Shown: positions 30,206 through 40,364, numbered from the stretch's first letter. The stretch: DNA of 64,000 nt from Methanobacteriota archaeon (GCA_020696385.1 JAEHCQ010000004.1:192997-256996), one strand, 5' to 3'. A program made the numbers and translations. The notes: generated from the sequence alone by a model not told the origin.

Positions 30206-30276
30206 CAGTCCAAATTTGACATTCGGTATATACGGTGATCTGGAATGTCAAATCTGGTTCGTAGGGAGGCTGAAAC

Positions 30277-30708
30277 ATGCTGGTTATAAATGACATGAAA
30301 TTCCCACTTGACAGGAAATATTACACGAAGAATGGAGCCCATATGTGGCTCACTGAAGATAATGGCCAGATAAAGCTGGGTCTGGATGCTTTCGCCTCGG
30401 AGATGGCAGGCTTCCTCACATTCTTTGCAGTGACCTCGGAAGAACCAGATGCTGGAGAGGCCATTGGCAGTTTTGAATCCGCCAAGTTCGTCAGCCGTTT
30501 TTACTCCCCGATTAGTGGAAAGATCGTGGAGGTCAATAAGGCCGCGATGGCCAATCCCAAGCTGATCAATGACGATCCCTATTCCGCATGGATAGTGTCC
30601 ATCGAGCCACGTGATATCTCCGAACTGGATTCCGAGTTCATCATAGAGGGCGAGGAAAAGGTCAGCCAATGGATACACGAGGAACTGAGAAAGATAGAGG
30701 AGGAATGA
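30277..30708 (+). CDS. GcvH-like lipoate-binding protein (LbpA-type)
   Basis: HMW, GSFESAKFVSRFYSPISGKIVEVN, INDDPY; lipoylation Lys intact. Confidence 0.88.
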   Translation: MLVINDMKFPLDRKYYTKNGAHMWLTEDNGQIKLGLDAFASEMAGFLTFFAVTSEEPDAGEAIGSFESAKFVSRFYSPISGKIVEVNKAAMANPKLINDDPYSAWIVSIEPRDISELDSEFIIEGEEKVSQWIHEELRKIEEE

Positions 30709-31748
30709 CATTCATGGAAAGTCCCGGATTCGTTAGGATAAGTACTGCAGCCGCCATGACCCTGAAGCTTGTTCCTGGCAAGTTCAATAGAGGCGAAAAG
30801 TTAGGATGCCTTAATCTTCTTATTCATTATGATGAAGGATGTAGGGCGAATTGCAGTTATTGTGGTCTTTCCGATACAAGGGATGCGGTGACCGAGGATC
30901 CATCTTCAGATACCTTTATCAGAGTGGACTGGCCGCTTGTGGAAATTGATGATATAATCCGCAGGGCGAATGAACACGCACCTCATCTTCAAAGGGTGTG
31001 TGTTTCCATGATCACCCATAACAAGTCATTTGATGATATGATATCCATCATGAAGAAGTTCAAGGAAGAGACAGACCTGAGCATAAGTGGCCTGATCGCT
31101 CCCACCATGATGATGGATATTGACAGTGCGTTTAAGATAAAAAAGGCAGGAGCTGACATGATCGGTGTCGCGATAGACGCAGCAACTCCGGAACTATTTG
31201 ATGAAATGAGGGGCAGTGGTGTGATGGGCCCACACAGTTGGGATCATTATTGGGAGGTGCTGGATTGGTGTGTGGATGTATTCGGAAAGGGAATGGTCGG
31301 CATCCATATCATCGTGGGCCTTGGGGAGACGGAAGAAGAAATGATATCCGTCATCCAGAAGGCGCAGGACAAGGGAGCCAAGACACATCTTTTCTCCTTC
31401 TTCCCAGAGGGCGGAAGCTCCATGAGTAAATGGCTCCAACCTTCATATGGCAGGTACAGGAGGGTGCAATTGGCCAGATACATAATCAATGAAGAGATAT
31501 CTGATATGGATCAGATGAAATTCGATAGTGAGGGCCAATTAATAGATTTCGGTATCAATATCAACCCAATAGTGAATGAGGGAATTGCCTTCATGACCTC
31601 CGGATGTTCTGGAAGTGATGGCATGGTGGCCTGTAATCGTCCGTATGGAAATGAAAGGCCTTCCAATCCAATTCGCAATTACGCTTTCATACCTGAGGAA
31701 AGGGATGTCAAGCAGATATGGTCGCAGATATTTGATTACACTGAATAA
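30705..31748 (+). CDS. lipS2: Radical SAM lipoyl synthase of LipS1/LipS2 type (TxGC...CNRP subunit, likely LipS2)
   Basis: CRANCSYC plus C-terminal MTSGCSG...ACNRPYGN; lies between lipoate carrier and ligase; numbering recalled from the Thermococcus enzymes. Confidence 0.75.
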   Translation: MTFMESPGFVRISTAAAMTLKLVPGKFNRGEKLGCLNLLIHYDEGCRANCSYCGLSDTRDAVTEDPSSDTFIRVDWPLVEIDDIIRRANEHAPHLQRVCVSMITHNKSFDDMISIMKKFKEETDLSISGLIAPTMMMDIDSAFKIKKAGADMIGVAIDAATPELFDEMRGSGVMGPHSWDHYWEVLDWCVDVFGKGMVGIHIIVGLGETEEEMISVIQKAQDKGAKTHLFSFFPEGGSSMSKWLQPSYGRYRRVQLARYIINEEISDMDQMKFDSEGQLIDFGININPIVNEGIAFMTSGCSGSDGMVACNRPYGNERPSNPIRNYAFIPEERDVKQIWSQIFDYTE

Positions 31749-31783
31749 GAGATCGATCCAGCCAATATTCAACAGGTAATAAA

Positions 31784-33337
31784 ATGAAAAAACTCACCTT
31801 ACTGGACACCGGTATGATGACCGCGGCCCAGAACATCGCACTTGATGATATCCTTCTCCAATTACGAAATGAGGATGAGATACCCGACACACTGCGGCTT
31901 CTTCAATTCAAGCCGCATTCCGTGCTTGTCGGATACCATCAGAGCATTGAGCAAGAGGTGAGGATTGAATTTTGTCAACAAAATTCGATCGATATCAACC
32001 GCCGGATAACTGGCGGGGGCACTATTTATCTTGATGAGCCTCAGATCGGATGGGAATTGATAGCATCCAGGTGGGACTCGGACATTCCGAAGGACATTGA
32101 CAAATTGTATGCCAAGGTTTCCGAAGGCGCTGTCCAGGGTTTGAAGAACCTGGGCGTGGAAGCGGAGTTCCGACCTCGGAATGATATCGAGGTCGATGGA
32201 AAGAAAATATCTGGCACTGGCGGTTCTTTCGAAGGCAATGCTTTCTTTTTCCAGGGAACATTACTGACGGATTTCGATGTCGAGACCATGATCAGGGCTT
32301 TGATGATCCCCATGGAGAAACTGAAGGCCAAGGAGCTGGAATCCGCAAAAGAAAGAGTGACATGCCTCAAGTGGGAACTTGACGAACTTCCATCGATCCA
32401 GACCATTAAGGAAGCCATTGTCAGGGGTTTTGCCGATGTCTTCGATGTGGAGATCGAAGAAAGAGAACTAACAGCACTGGAACTTCAGATGTTGGAAGAG
32501 AATACATCTAAATTCGAAAAGCCGGATTGGATATACGGCATAAGGAGGCCGGTGGAATCGCGCCAGGTCATCCGTTCCATATACAAGGCACCTGGAGGCT
32601 TGATACGCTCCAGCTTGATCGTGGACATTCCGAACAAGAGGATCCAGGCGGCTCTCATAACAGGTGATTTCTTCATCTTCCCCAATAGGATAGTTCTGGA
32701 CTTGGAAGCGTGCTTGAAAGACGCTTCCTTGGAACCGGACAAACTCACGGCTATAATCCGTGAGTTCTTCGATTCTAGGAAAGTGGAAATGCCAGGTATC
32801 CTGCCAGATGATTTTGTAAAGGCGATTCTAAAGGCAGTGCAGAAGCTGGAATACCTGTACATCGGCATTCCATTGGAGCATATCAATAAAGTATTCAGGG
32901 TGTGTGATCCTCCAATGAGCCTGAAGGATTGCAAGACAATTCTACTTCCATACTGCGCGAAATTACAAAAATGTGGATATCGACGAAAAAATGACTGCGC
33001 GGAATGTGGCGAATGCGACACCGGGGATGCCTACACACTGGCGAAACAACTCGGCATGGAGCCCATAACGATAATCAGTTTCGAGGACCTCATAGAGAAT
33101 CTGAACAGGATGAAAGCCGAGGGGGCCAGTATGTTCCTCGGAAGTTGTTGCGAGGCCTTCTATGAGAAGCATCTGGAGGATTTCGAAGAAGTCGGTTTGC
33201 CAGGCTTCCTAATAGACATAGACAGCACAACCTGCTATGATCTGGGAAGGGAGCAGGACGCATACGTGGGCGACTTCGAGAATGAGACCGACCTGAGGTT
33301 GGAGCTCATTAAAATGATTCTGAAGAAGATGGGATGA
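31784..33337 (+). CDS. Lipoate-protein ligase sLpl(AB)-like with Cys-rich (DUF116-like) C-terminal domain
   Basis: RRITGGGTIYLD, NDIEVDGKKISGTGG, KAPGGLIR, ITGDFF; PYCAK...CAECGEC, GSCC, TTCY tail. Confidence 0.85.
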   Translation: MKKLTLLDTGMMTAAQNIALDDILLQLRNEDEIPDTLRLLQFKPHSVLVGYHQSIEQEVRIEFCQQNSIDINRRITGGGTIYLDEPQIGWELIASRWDSDIPKDIDKLYAKVSEGAVQGLKNLGVEAEFRPRNDIEVDGKKISGTGGSFEGNAFFFQGTLLTDFDVETMIRALMIPMEKLKAKELESAKERVTCLKWELDELPSIQTIKEAIVRGFADVFDVEIEERELTALELQMLEENTSKFEKPDWIYGIRRPVESRQVIRSIYKAPGGLIRSSLIVDIPNKRIQAALITGDFFIFPNRIVLDLEACLKDASLEPDKLTAIIREFFDSRKVEMPGILPDDFVKAILKAVQKLEYLYIGIPLEHINKVFRVCDPPMSLKDCKTILLPYCAKLQKCGYRRKNDCAECGECDTGDAYTLAKQLGMEPITIISFEDLIENLNRMKAEGASMFLGSCCEAFYEKHLEDFEEVGLPGFLIDIDSTTCYDLGREQDAYVGDFENETDLRLELIKMILKKMG

Positions 33338-33358
33338 TTCGCAGCTCATCACGATGGC

Positions 33359-34399
33359 CTAACCTCTACTAGCCAGAAACTTCAATCTCTTGACATATTT
33401 ATCCGCCTTCTCCGGGCTAGCCAAATTATCTTCTATAAAACCAATGTCTCTCAGGCCAAGCAAACCCGCGGCTTCCAGTTTCTCATCGTAAGCCTTTGCA
33501 AGATCTATCTCACTATTTCCCATGTGCTCGAAGGTGATCTCCGCGGCTATCTGGCCGGACCTCATAGCGTAATAAATTCCCTCGCCAGTTCCAGGATAGA
33601 CAAAGCCGCCAGCATCCCCTGTTAAGAGTATCCTGCCGCAGGATAGTGTTTGGAGTGGGCCGGACATCGGTATGGAATGCGCTTCTTTTTTCAACAATAC
33701 GCCATCCTCCACCTTTGGGGCGACAAGCGGATTGTTAATGAACAATTCTATCATCCCCCAGATGTCTGGCTTTCTATCGGAAAGAATGCCGATACCAACC
33801 TTCACTCCGCCCTTCATGGGGCTGATCCAGCCATATCCGTATTCCATGAGATAATACACTTCGAACCAGTTGCCGATCCTGTCATCGACCAAGTCCTCAT
33901 CCAGGCCGAACTCGTATTGGGCGGATATCGCTATCTTATCGATCTGCGTATCGCATATCCTCCTGGCCACGGATGCAGTTCCTTCTGCTCCGATCACATA
34001 CCTGGCCTTGACATCTCCGCTTCTACCCTTGAGCAAATAATGATCATCCATATCCTCGATCTCAAAGATATGGCTGTTGACAACGGGATTTTTCAGATCC
34101 TTGATAAGGAATTCATCGAACTTATCTCTTTGAACGATGCACCCAGGCTCTGGAAATGATGATTCCACAATATCCTTGGAGGGACCGAATACCCTGTATC
34201 CTTTCAGTGGTCTTTCTATGACATCCTCCGGAATGTCCAAAAGTGAATGGATCTTGGGAGAAAGCACTCCGGCGCATGGCTTGTTCCTGGGGAATTCCGC
34301 TCTGTCCAGTATTATGTAATTCGCTCCGAGCTCTTCGAGCTTCCTCGCGGCCATCGCACCTGCGGGCCCCGCGCCCACAATTGCAATATCATGTATCAT
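33359..34399 (-). CDS. Geranylgeranyl-reductase-family flavoprotein (LipT-like by context)
   Basis: GAGPAG, FPRNKPCAG, GYGWISP, GDAGGFVYPGTGEGIYYA; inside the lipoate cluster; start moved to ATG 34399. Confidence 0.8.
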   Translation of the reverse strand: MIHDIAIVGAGPAGAMAARKLEELGANYIILDRAEFPRNKPCAGVLSPKIHSLLDIPEDVIERPLKGYRVFGPSKDIVESSFPEPGCIVQRDKFDEFLIKDLKNPVVNSHIFEIEDMDDHYLLKGRSGDVKARYVIGAEGTASVARRICDTQIDKIAISAQYEFGLDEDLVDDRIGNWFEVYYLMEYGYGWISPMKGGVKVGIGILSDRKPDIWGMIELFINNPLVAPKVEDGVLLKKEAHSIPMSGPLQTLSCGRILLTGDAGGFVYPGTGEGIYYAMRSGQIAAEITFEHMGNSEIDLAKAYDEKLEAAGLLGLRDIGFIEDNLASPEKADKYVKRLKFLASRG

Positions 34400-34500
34400 C
34401 AATATACTTGAGTGTAATATTGGATATAAATTTTGGGTATGGTATGGGGGCGAAATGGGAAAAACTTTAAACAATATCCATCCATCCGAGGAATGTTATA

Positions 34501-35478
34501 ATGCACAGCACTGACACAGAGAACATCAGGACCCTGCGAAATAGGGATCTGCCCTGGCTTCTGGAGAAAGCCTGGAATCTGCGAACTGCAGAATTTCCCA
34601 ATGAGCTTGTCATCTCATCACCTGGAGCCAAGACATACATCACTGACCATCACAGGAACAAGAAGAACACTTTTGTCAATGTCAGTGTGACTGGTACAGA
34701 TTGCGCTCTTAGCTGCGAGCATTGCAATAAGACACTTCTCGAGACCATGGAATCCGTCAAGACCCCTGAGGAATTGAAAGCTCTGGGAGACAACCTTGTA
34801 TCGAAAGGTTGTCAGGGATTATTATTGAGCGGAGGGGCTGACAAGAATGGCGAGGTTCCTATACTCGGATATGGAGATGCGATAAAACACCTGAAAAGCC
34901 TGGGATTGAAGATACTCGTGCACTCCGGCCTGGCAACAAAAGAAACAGCCCGGATGTTGAAGGAATCCGGGGTTGATCAGGTCCTGCTGGATGTCATAGG
35001 TTCGGAGTCCACTCTTAGAGAGGTTTATCATCTTGACAAGACACCGGATGATGTTTACAATTCCCTGAAAGCCCTGGTAGATGAGGGACTGAATGTGGTA
35101 CCTCATATTCTCGTGGGTCTTCATTATGGAAGGATCGATGGGGAATTCAATGCCCTCGAGATGATAATGAGAGCCGGCGTCAAGCACATTGTGATAATCG
35201 TGCTCATGCCCAAGAGTGGTACACCCATGGAGAACTCGCCCACACCTTCGGCCATTGATATTGGCAAGATCATCGCTGTTGGCCGTATCCTCAACCCAAA
35301 GGCCAAGATAACTTTGGGATGTGCCAGACCTGCTGGTGATGATAAGCTGATGATGGAAAAATATGCAATTCAGGGCGGGGTAAATGGCATCGCGTATGCG
35401 ACGGATGAAGCAATGGACATTGCGGAAGAGCTGAATTTAACTCTAAAATTCAGCGATACGTGCTGCTCTTTGCTATAA
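34501..35478 (+). CDS. lipS1: Radical SAM lipoyl synthase of LipS1/LipS2 type (GCAR + CC subunit, likely LipS1)
   Basis: SVTGTDCALSCEHC, VPHILVGLHYG, LGCARP, terminal TCCS. Confidence 0.75.
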   Translation: MHSTDTENIRTLRNRDLPWLLEKAWNLRTAEFPNELVISSPGAKTYITDHHRNKKNTFVNVSVTGTDCALSCEHCNKTLLETMESVKTPEELKALGDNLVSKGCQGLLLSGGADKNGEVPILGYGDAIKHLKSLGLKILVHSGLATKETARMLKESGVDQVLLDVIGSESTLREVYHLDKTPDDVYNSLKALVDEGLNVVPHILVGLHYGRIDGEFNALEMIMRAGVKHIVIIVLMPKSGTPMENSPTPSAIDIGKIIAVGRILNPKAKITLGCARPAGDDKLMMEKYAIQGGVNGIAYATDEAMDIAEELNLTLKFSDTCCSLL

Positions 35479-35508
35479 ATTTATTTTTTGAAGATTTGGT
35501 TGATTATT

Positions 35509-35934
35509 TCAATCCTTGATCTTCAGCTCGAACTCAAGTGGAAAATTAACAGCATTCGTAACAGTACAATGCGCCCGAGCCAGATCGAACACTTTCTCTA
35601 TCTTTTCCTTGTCCGCTCCTTCTGTCCAAACGGATAACTTCATGCTTCCGGCAACCACACGTTCCTGGCCTTCGACGAAATCTGTTTCGGTCTTCACGTC
35701 AACCGAGATGTCACTGACATGTATCCTGGATTTGTGGGCTGAATAAAGGAATGTGGTCATCAGACAGGAGCCCATTGCGGAGGAGAATATCTCCAGGGGC
35801 GCGGGAGCTGTGTTCGTTCCAAAAAGACCCTTGGGCTTGTCGCATGCGATCTCCATGCCTCTGATCAGGGAAGTTGTCTTCAGACCGCCTTCCCACATTA
35901 CCTTTGCTCTTGCCTCGCTCTTTCCGCCTGCCAT
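35509..35934 (-). CDS. OsmC family protein
   Basis: DKPKGLFGTNTAPAPLE, GSC and HCTVTN two-Cys pattern; start moved to ATG 35934. Confidence 0.85.
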   Translation of the reverse strand: MAGGKSEARAKVMWEGGLKTTSLIRGMEIACDKPKGLFGTNTAPAPLEIFSSAMGSCLMTTFLYSAHKSRIHVSDISVDVKTETDFVEGQERVVAGSMKLSVWTEGADKEKIEKVFDLARAHCTVTNAVNFPLEFELKIKD

Positions 35935-36058
35935 TAGATCCAACTCCTTTCCTACTGGTAATGTTCTAAGCCTGTATGATATATAATTATTACTGCTGAA
36001 TATTTGATCTTCCAAACTGGCAAATATTTAATATCGAATTGGCCATTCCTGCAAATAC

Positions 36059-36757
36059 ATGAAAAGAACTCCCATCCAGAAATTCTATTTCGATATCTCA
36101 AAGAGATACGAGATCGTCAATACCTGCATCACCATGGGTCTTGATAAGCCATGGCGCAGAAGGGCCGCCAAGGCCGCGTCCTCTCAGGGTGGTAAGATGT
36201 GGCTGGACATGTGCTGTGGAACTGGCGATATGTCTGCGGACCTGAACCAGCACATTGGCCAGGATACAAGATTGGTGATGGCGGATTTCTCACAGGAAAT
36301 GATGGATATTGCCAATAACAAGCCTGGGCTGGAGGACAAGGACAAGACCCTGGCCGATGCCTTCAATTTGCCTTTCAAGGACAATTCTTTCGACCTGGTG
36401 ACAATATCCTTCGCCACCAGGAACCTGAACCTTGGCCAGAGTGGTCTGGTTAAGGCCTTTTCGGAGTTCAACAGGGTATTGAAGCCAAATGGAAAGCTGG
36501 TCAATATCGAAACAAGCCAGCCCAAGTCGAAGTTTGTAAAGTCCATGTTCCATCTTTATGTCGGGACGATCATCAAACCCATTGGCTATGTTTTCACAGG
36601 CGACAAGACCAGCTACACTTTCCTGGCTTCTTCTATAACCAATTTCCTTGACCCGGAATCTTTCAATGAAGTATTGACCAGATCTGGTTTTTCAGACATG
36701 ACCTTCGAACCTCTTTTGTTCGGAGCCATTTCCATTCATACCGCTAATAGTCAATGA
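36059..36757 (+). CDS. menG: Demethylmenaquinone methyltransferase (MenG/UbiE)
   Basis: YE..N...TMGLDKPWRR, LDMCCGTGD, LPFKDNSFD, RVLKPNG, Y.FLASSI. Confidence 0.85.
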   Translation: MKRTPIQKFYFDISKRYEIVNTCITMGLDKPWRRRAAKAASSQGGKMWLDMCCGTGDMSADLNQHIGQDTRLVMADFSQEMMDIANNKPGLEDKDKTLADAFNLPFKDNSFDLVTISFATRNLNLGQSGLVKAFSEFNRVLKPNGKLVNIETSQPKSKFVKSMFHLYVGTIIKPIGYVFTGDKTSYTFLASSITNFLDPESFNEVLTRSGFSDMTFEPLLFGAISIHTANSQ

Positions 36758-36846
36758 GATATCATTGGTCTTAAAGGGCGATAAGTTCATCTACATTACT
36801 TAACGATAACAAAAGGTAAATATTCTATTTGCATATTCGAGTCCAT

Positions 36847-37494
36847 ATGGGTTCGAAAGTCACCACTTCCATTCGATCAATAATGTTCACTGTGATCATC
36901 ACCGCATTTCTGCTCACAATAGCCCTAGGTCATGCCAGTGGCGATGATGATGGTAAAGGCGATCTGGATGATGATTGTGTTGGTTGTCATTCGGATGGTG
37001 GTAGCGGAACTGTTTCTATCAGTTCCGAGTTTGATACTTTCGAGGCTGGTCAGGATGTTATAATATCCATTCCGGTCAATATGGATTCCAGTGATTCGGA
37101 TGCCATGATGCCTGGTGTGATGATATTGTCAGGAGCTGGATCCAATGTTAAGGGCGATGGCTGGACCATATCCTCTGATCCAAATGGCAATGCACTGCCA
37201 ATGAACTATAATGAGATGTCTGGCATATCTGGTGAGACTGAATTTCAATGGACTCTGGTGGCACCTGAAACACCAGGAGATTACTCGGTTTTCGCAAGAC
37301 TCATCTACGATGACGGCGGGGCCAAATTCTTAGAGACTGAGGCCCTTTCCTTCACAATAACAGAGGCCTCATCAGTTGCATCAGACACTGATACAACCGA
37401 TGAGAGACCAGACCAAACACCCAAAGCTTTAAGTTTTGGAATATTGGTCGGCATTGTGGGAATAATGATAATAACAATACTGAGGCGTAGATAA
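36847..37494 (+). CDS. Secreted monoheme cytochrome c with C-terminal membrane anchor
   Basis: Signal peptide, single CVGCH, beta-rich FQWTLVAP segment, TM + RRR tail. Confidence 0.7.
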   Translation: MGSKVTTSIRSIMFTVIITAFLLTIALGHASGDDDGKGDLDDDCVGCHSDGGSGTVSISSEFDTFEAGQDVIISIPVNMDSSDSDAMMPGVMILSGAGSNVKGDGWTISSDPNGNALPMNYNEMSGISGETEFQWTLVAPETPGDYSVFARLIYDDGGAKFLETEALSFTITEASSVASDTDTTDERPDQTPKALSFGILVGIVGIMIITILRRR

Positions 37495-38579
37495 TGGCTG
37501 GCGAAGGAACTCCAAAGAATGCGGGCAAGTCTGCAGGTTTAGTTGGAATGCTGGTGCTAATCGCAGTTATGGCGATCGCGGTGATCATTGTACTTGCTTC
37601 CTATTCCGTATACACTGATTTTGTTGGCGAGGAAGTTCCTGTTCTCCATGTGGAAGTGAAATTAAGTGATGGAGAATATGATGACAATGCTGATAGATGG
37701 ATAACCCAGACACAATCCTATGCTCCATATATCAAAGACTTGGGCAGTGATGTCGATGTTTCATTATTGTATGTGGATGCTCTGGACGCCCCAGCTGACG
37801 GGACATTCCTTCTTGGTGAAAGGCCCGTTGTAGTGATATATGCTTTCAATATGGATGATAATTGGAAGACTGGTAAGGCCTCTACAAAGTACATTGGCTC
37901 TGGCGATTACACATTCAATATAACTTTCCCATATACTCCCGAAACAGGTGATCTCATAAAGGTCGTTATTGAAGTTGCCTATGATAAGGATGTATATCCG
38001 AATGAGGACGTGTATCCGCTCTTCAATTCCGATAGATCCAGTGTTATTTATCATTGGGGAGTGCCCAATATGGATTCTGGCTCTGACATAATTGCCAATT
38101 CCGAGTTTGACCGTGAAACAATAGAGATATCTGATCACGCTGTTGAGAGTTATAGATGGTTCATGGAATCGGGAGATGGAAATATAGCCTTTGGATCGCC
38201 TGACAAGGCCATGACCTCTATAAGTGCTGATGTAGATGGTACTTATGTGATCGCTATTGAGGCAACAGATGATCTGGGCAACTTGGGCTATGATAGTTTC
38301 ATTCTAATATGGGATACTACTGCACCTGATGTGGATGTGGGTTTGGATGTAATTAGTAACTCCACAATAACCAAAACAGCTACGGTCAGTGATACTAATG
38401 GCATATCGAATTATACATGGGAAAGAGTATCCGGCCCGGGCTATGTATCATTTAGTTCGCCATACGCTCCAATTACCGATATAGATGCATCAGTTCGTGG
38501 TAATTATACTGTACAATTAAGCATCATTGACAGTGCAGGGAATGTGGCCGTTGATGAGTTCGATTGGGTCTTCGAATAA
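37494..38579 (+). CDS. Hypothetical membrane-anchored protein with PKD/Ig-like repeats
   Basis: N-terminal TM; two Y.W....G.G...F.SP...T...A...G.Y...L...D..GN...D.F repeats. Confidence 0.65.
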   Translation: MAGEGTPKNAGKSAGLVGMLVLIAVMAIAVIIVLASYSVYTDFVGEEVPVLHVEVKLSDGEYDDNADRWITQTQSYAPYIKDLGSDVDVSLLYVDALDAPADGTFLLGERPVVVIYAFNMDDNWKTGKASTKYIGSGDYTFNITFPYTPETGDLIKVVIEVAYDKDVYPNEDVYPLFNSDRSSVIYHWGVPNMDSGSDIIANSEFDRETIEISDHAVESYRWFMESGDGNIAFGSPDKAMTSISADVDGTYVIAIEATDDLGNLGYDSFILIWDTTAPDVDVGLDVISNSTITKTATVSDTNGISNYTWERVSGPGYVSFSSPYAPITDIDASVRGNYTVQLSIIDSAGNVAVDEFDWVFE

Positions 38580-38764
38580 GTATTTTAATAGGCTTAGTAT
38601 ATAAAGAAAATACCTGACATATTACCTACTATATAAAAGAAATACTCAATACTATTAACAATATTTATATACCATGGCTCTAATTATCATCCAATCTTGA
38701 AAACAGATCGAACCAGAGAGAAAACTCTCCGATAATTCTCGGGGTGAAGTAAAGAGGTGAATAA

Positions 38765-39388
38765 ATGAAAAACAGAACATTAGTTCTAGCAGTATCAGTA
38801 CTGTGCGTGGGAATAATGATCATGCCGTATACGGTATCATTGTTTAGCACCCAGCACGACTGGAAGGCCGGAGCTGACGTGAATTGTATGACCTGCCACA
38901 CGGATATAACAGAACCAGGCGCATCATACATGCACGGCAGCATGACCTCTGGAACAGCACAGGAATACTGTACATCTTGCCATCAGTTAGGCACACCAGG
39001 ATCCGGTGACGGTGTCACTGGTGACGGTGGCTTTGATGACGAGCATGCAGCAGTTTCCGTTGAGTGTTTGGATTGTCACGAGACATCCCAGAGTGCAGGC
39101 GCTATTTCAGACGTATGGTACAGTGGCACAGGAGCTGAGGATGCTCTGGCAAACAAGGCTTTCATAAACAATGCAACAGAAGCCCACAGCAACATGACTG
39201 GAACGGCATCACTTGATGAGGGAGCATGGGCATCGGATTACCTTGCTGGTAACAACGAGGCCTGTATCGCATGTCACACAAATGTGACACTCGAGACATA
39301 CCTTACCGTGACCGCTCAGACACTGAACATCACTGCTAGTGAGAACATATGGGGCAACTGGACTGTAACCTTTACAGCCAAGCCATAA
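38765..39388 (+). CDS. Tetraheme cytochrome c, archaeal extracellular cytochrome nanowire (ECN)-like subunit
   Basis: Signal peptide ending P.TVSLF..QH.W; CMTCH, CTSCH, EHAA...CLDCH, EAH...NEACIACHT; no anchor; strong GAGGTGA SD. Confidence 0.75.
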   Translation: MKNRTLVLAVSVLCVGIMIMPYTVSLFSTQHDWKAGADVNCMTCHTDITEPGASYMHGSMTSGTAQEYCTSCHQLGTPGSGDGVTGDGGFDDEHAAVSVECLDCHETSQSAGAISDVWYSGTGAEDALANKAFINNATEAHSNMTGTASLDEGAWASDYLAGNNEACIACHTNVTLETYLTVTAQTLNITASENIWGNWTVTFTAKP

Positions 39389-39405
39389 GCCATAATATAA
39401 AGAAT

Positions 39406-39445
39406 AAAGAAGAAGGCTTGACCTTCTTCTTTCCTTTTCCTTTTT
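39406..39445 (+). terminator. Terminator after the tetraheme gene
   Basis: AAAGAAGAAGG-cttga-CCTTCTTCTTT stem followed by CCTTTTCCTTTTT. Confidence 0.65.
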
Positions 39446-39476
39446 GACAATTACTTTTTGATTAACTTTTATACCT

Positions 39477-40346
39477 GTGAAGGCTAATGGAAAAAATATC
39501 ATGATGGTGAAAAAAGAAAAACAAAAACTGGATGAAAAAGGCCAGACCAATCTGAGGAACAATATATTCTTTGTAGCCTCATCATTAATGATAGTAGCTA
39601 CCATAATCCTTCAAAATCCCTTGATCGTTTTCTCTCTTTTCCTTTTGACGGTACTTCATCTATTGCACCATTCCAAAGCAAATGGCAATGAAGCACCCAA
39701 GTCATTCTTCAAAAGCCTGATAGATTATAGAAAGAGAAAAAAGTTAGAGCGTCTCACACAGAATAGAATGACACTCATAAGGCAGAAATTCTATCGCCCT
39801 CGCAATCTCATTCTATTTGTCCCTCTTATAATATGTATAATAGTATTGTATCTATTTCTTTCACATACTATATTCTTTGCAGTTGTGACCTCTGATAGTA
39901 TGAGACCGACCTTCAAAACCGGCGATCTCCTGCTTATGCAGGGGAAAGGCTACACACTCGATGATGAAGATATAATAATGTTCACCACCCCGGAAATACA
40001 GGAGCTGGTCATTCACAGAGTGGATGATATTGAAGATGATGGCGGAATATTGACAAGAGGAGATGCGACCAACCATACGGATAATTGGGTCATTGAGAAA
40101 GATAATGTCCAGGCGGAAGTATTGGAATTCAATGGCAACCCCGTAGTACTAAAGAACACAGGCTGGTATTTCATTGATAATGCACCAGAGGATTCCGCGG
40201 TCTTTTCCGATGAACTGCAATTCACATCATTGATGATGATGACCCTGAAGGAAATAGGAATGGTGATGTTCATAGCTGCAATATTCATGTATCTATTGCT
40301 CACAGCGAGAGATATAAGATTTGCCTCGGCTACCAGGAGAAAATGA
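39477..40346 (+). CDS. Signal peptidase I (S26, archaeal/SipW-like)
   Basis: AVVTSDSMRPTFKTGDL (Ser), LVIHRV (His), TRGDA...D.W. Confidence 0.88.
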   Translation: MKANGKNIMMVKKEKQKLDEKGQTNLRNNIFFVASSLMIVATIILQNPLIVFSLFLLTVLHLLHHSKANGNEAPKSFFKSLIDYRKRKKLERLTQNRMTLIRQKFYRPRNLILFVPLIICIIVLYLFLSHTIFFAVVTSDSMRPTFKTGDLLLMQGKGYTLDDEDIIMFTTPEIQELVIHRVDDIEDDGGILTRGDATNHTDNWVIEKDNVQAEVLEFNGNPVVLKNTGWYFIDNAPEDSAVFSDELQFTSLMMMTLKEIGMVMFIAAIFMYLLLTARDIRFASATRRK

Positions 40347-40364
40347 TTGGCAAATGTTTAATAA

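Noticed and set aside
30277-30708. Glycine cleavage system
   Set aside because: Only H-protein homologs are present; P, T and L proteins are absent from the window (they could be elsewhere).
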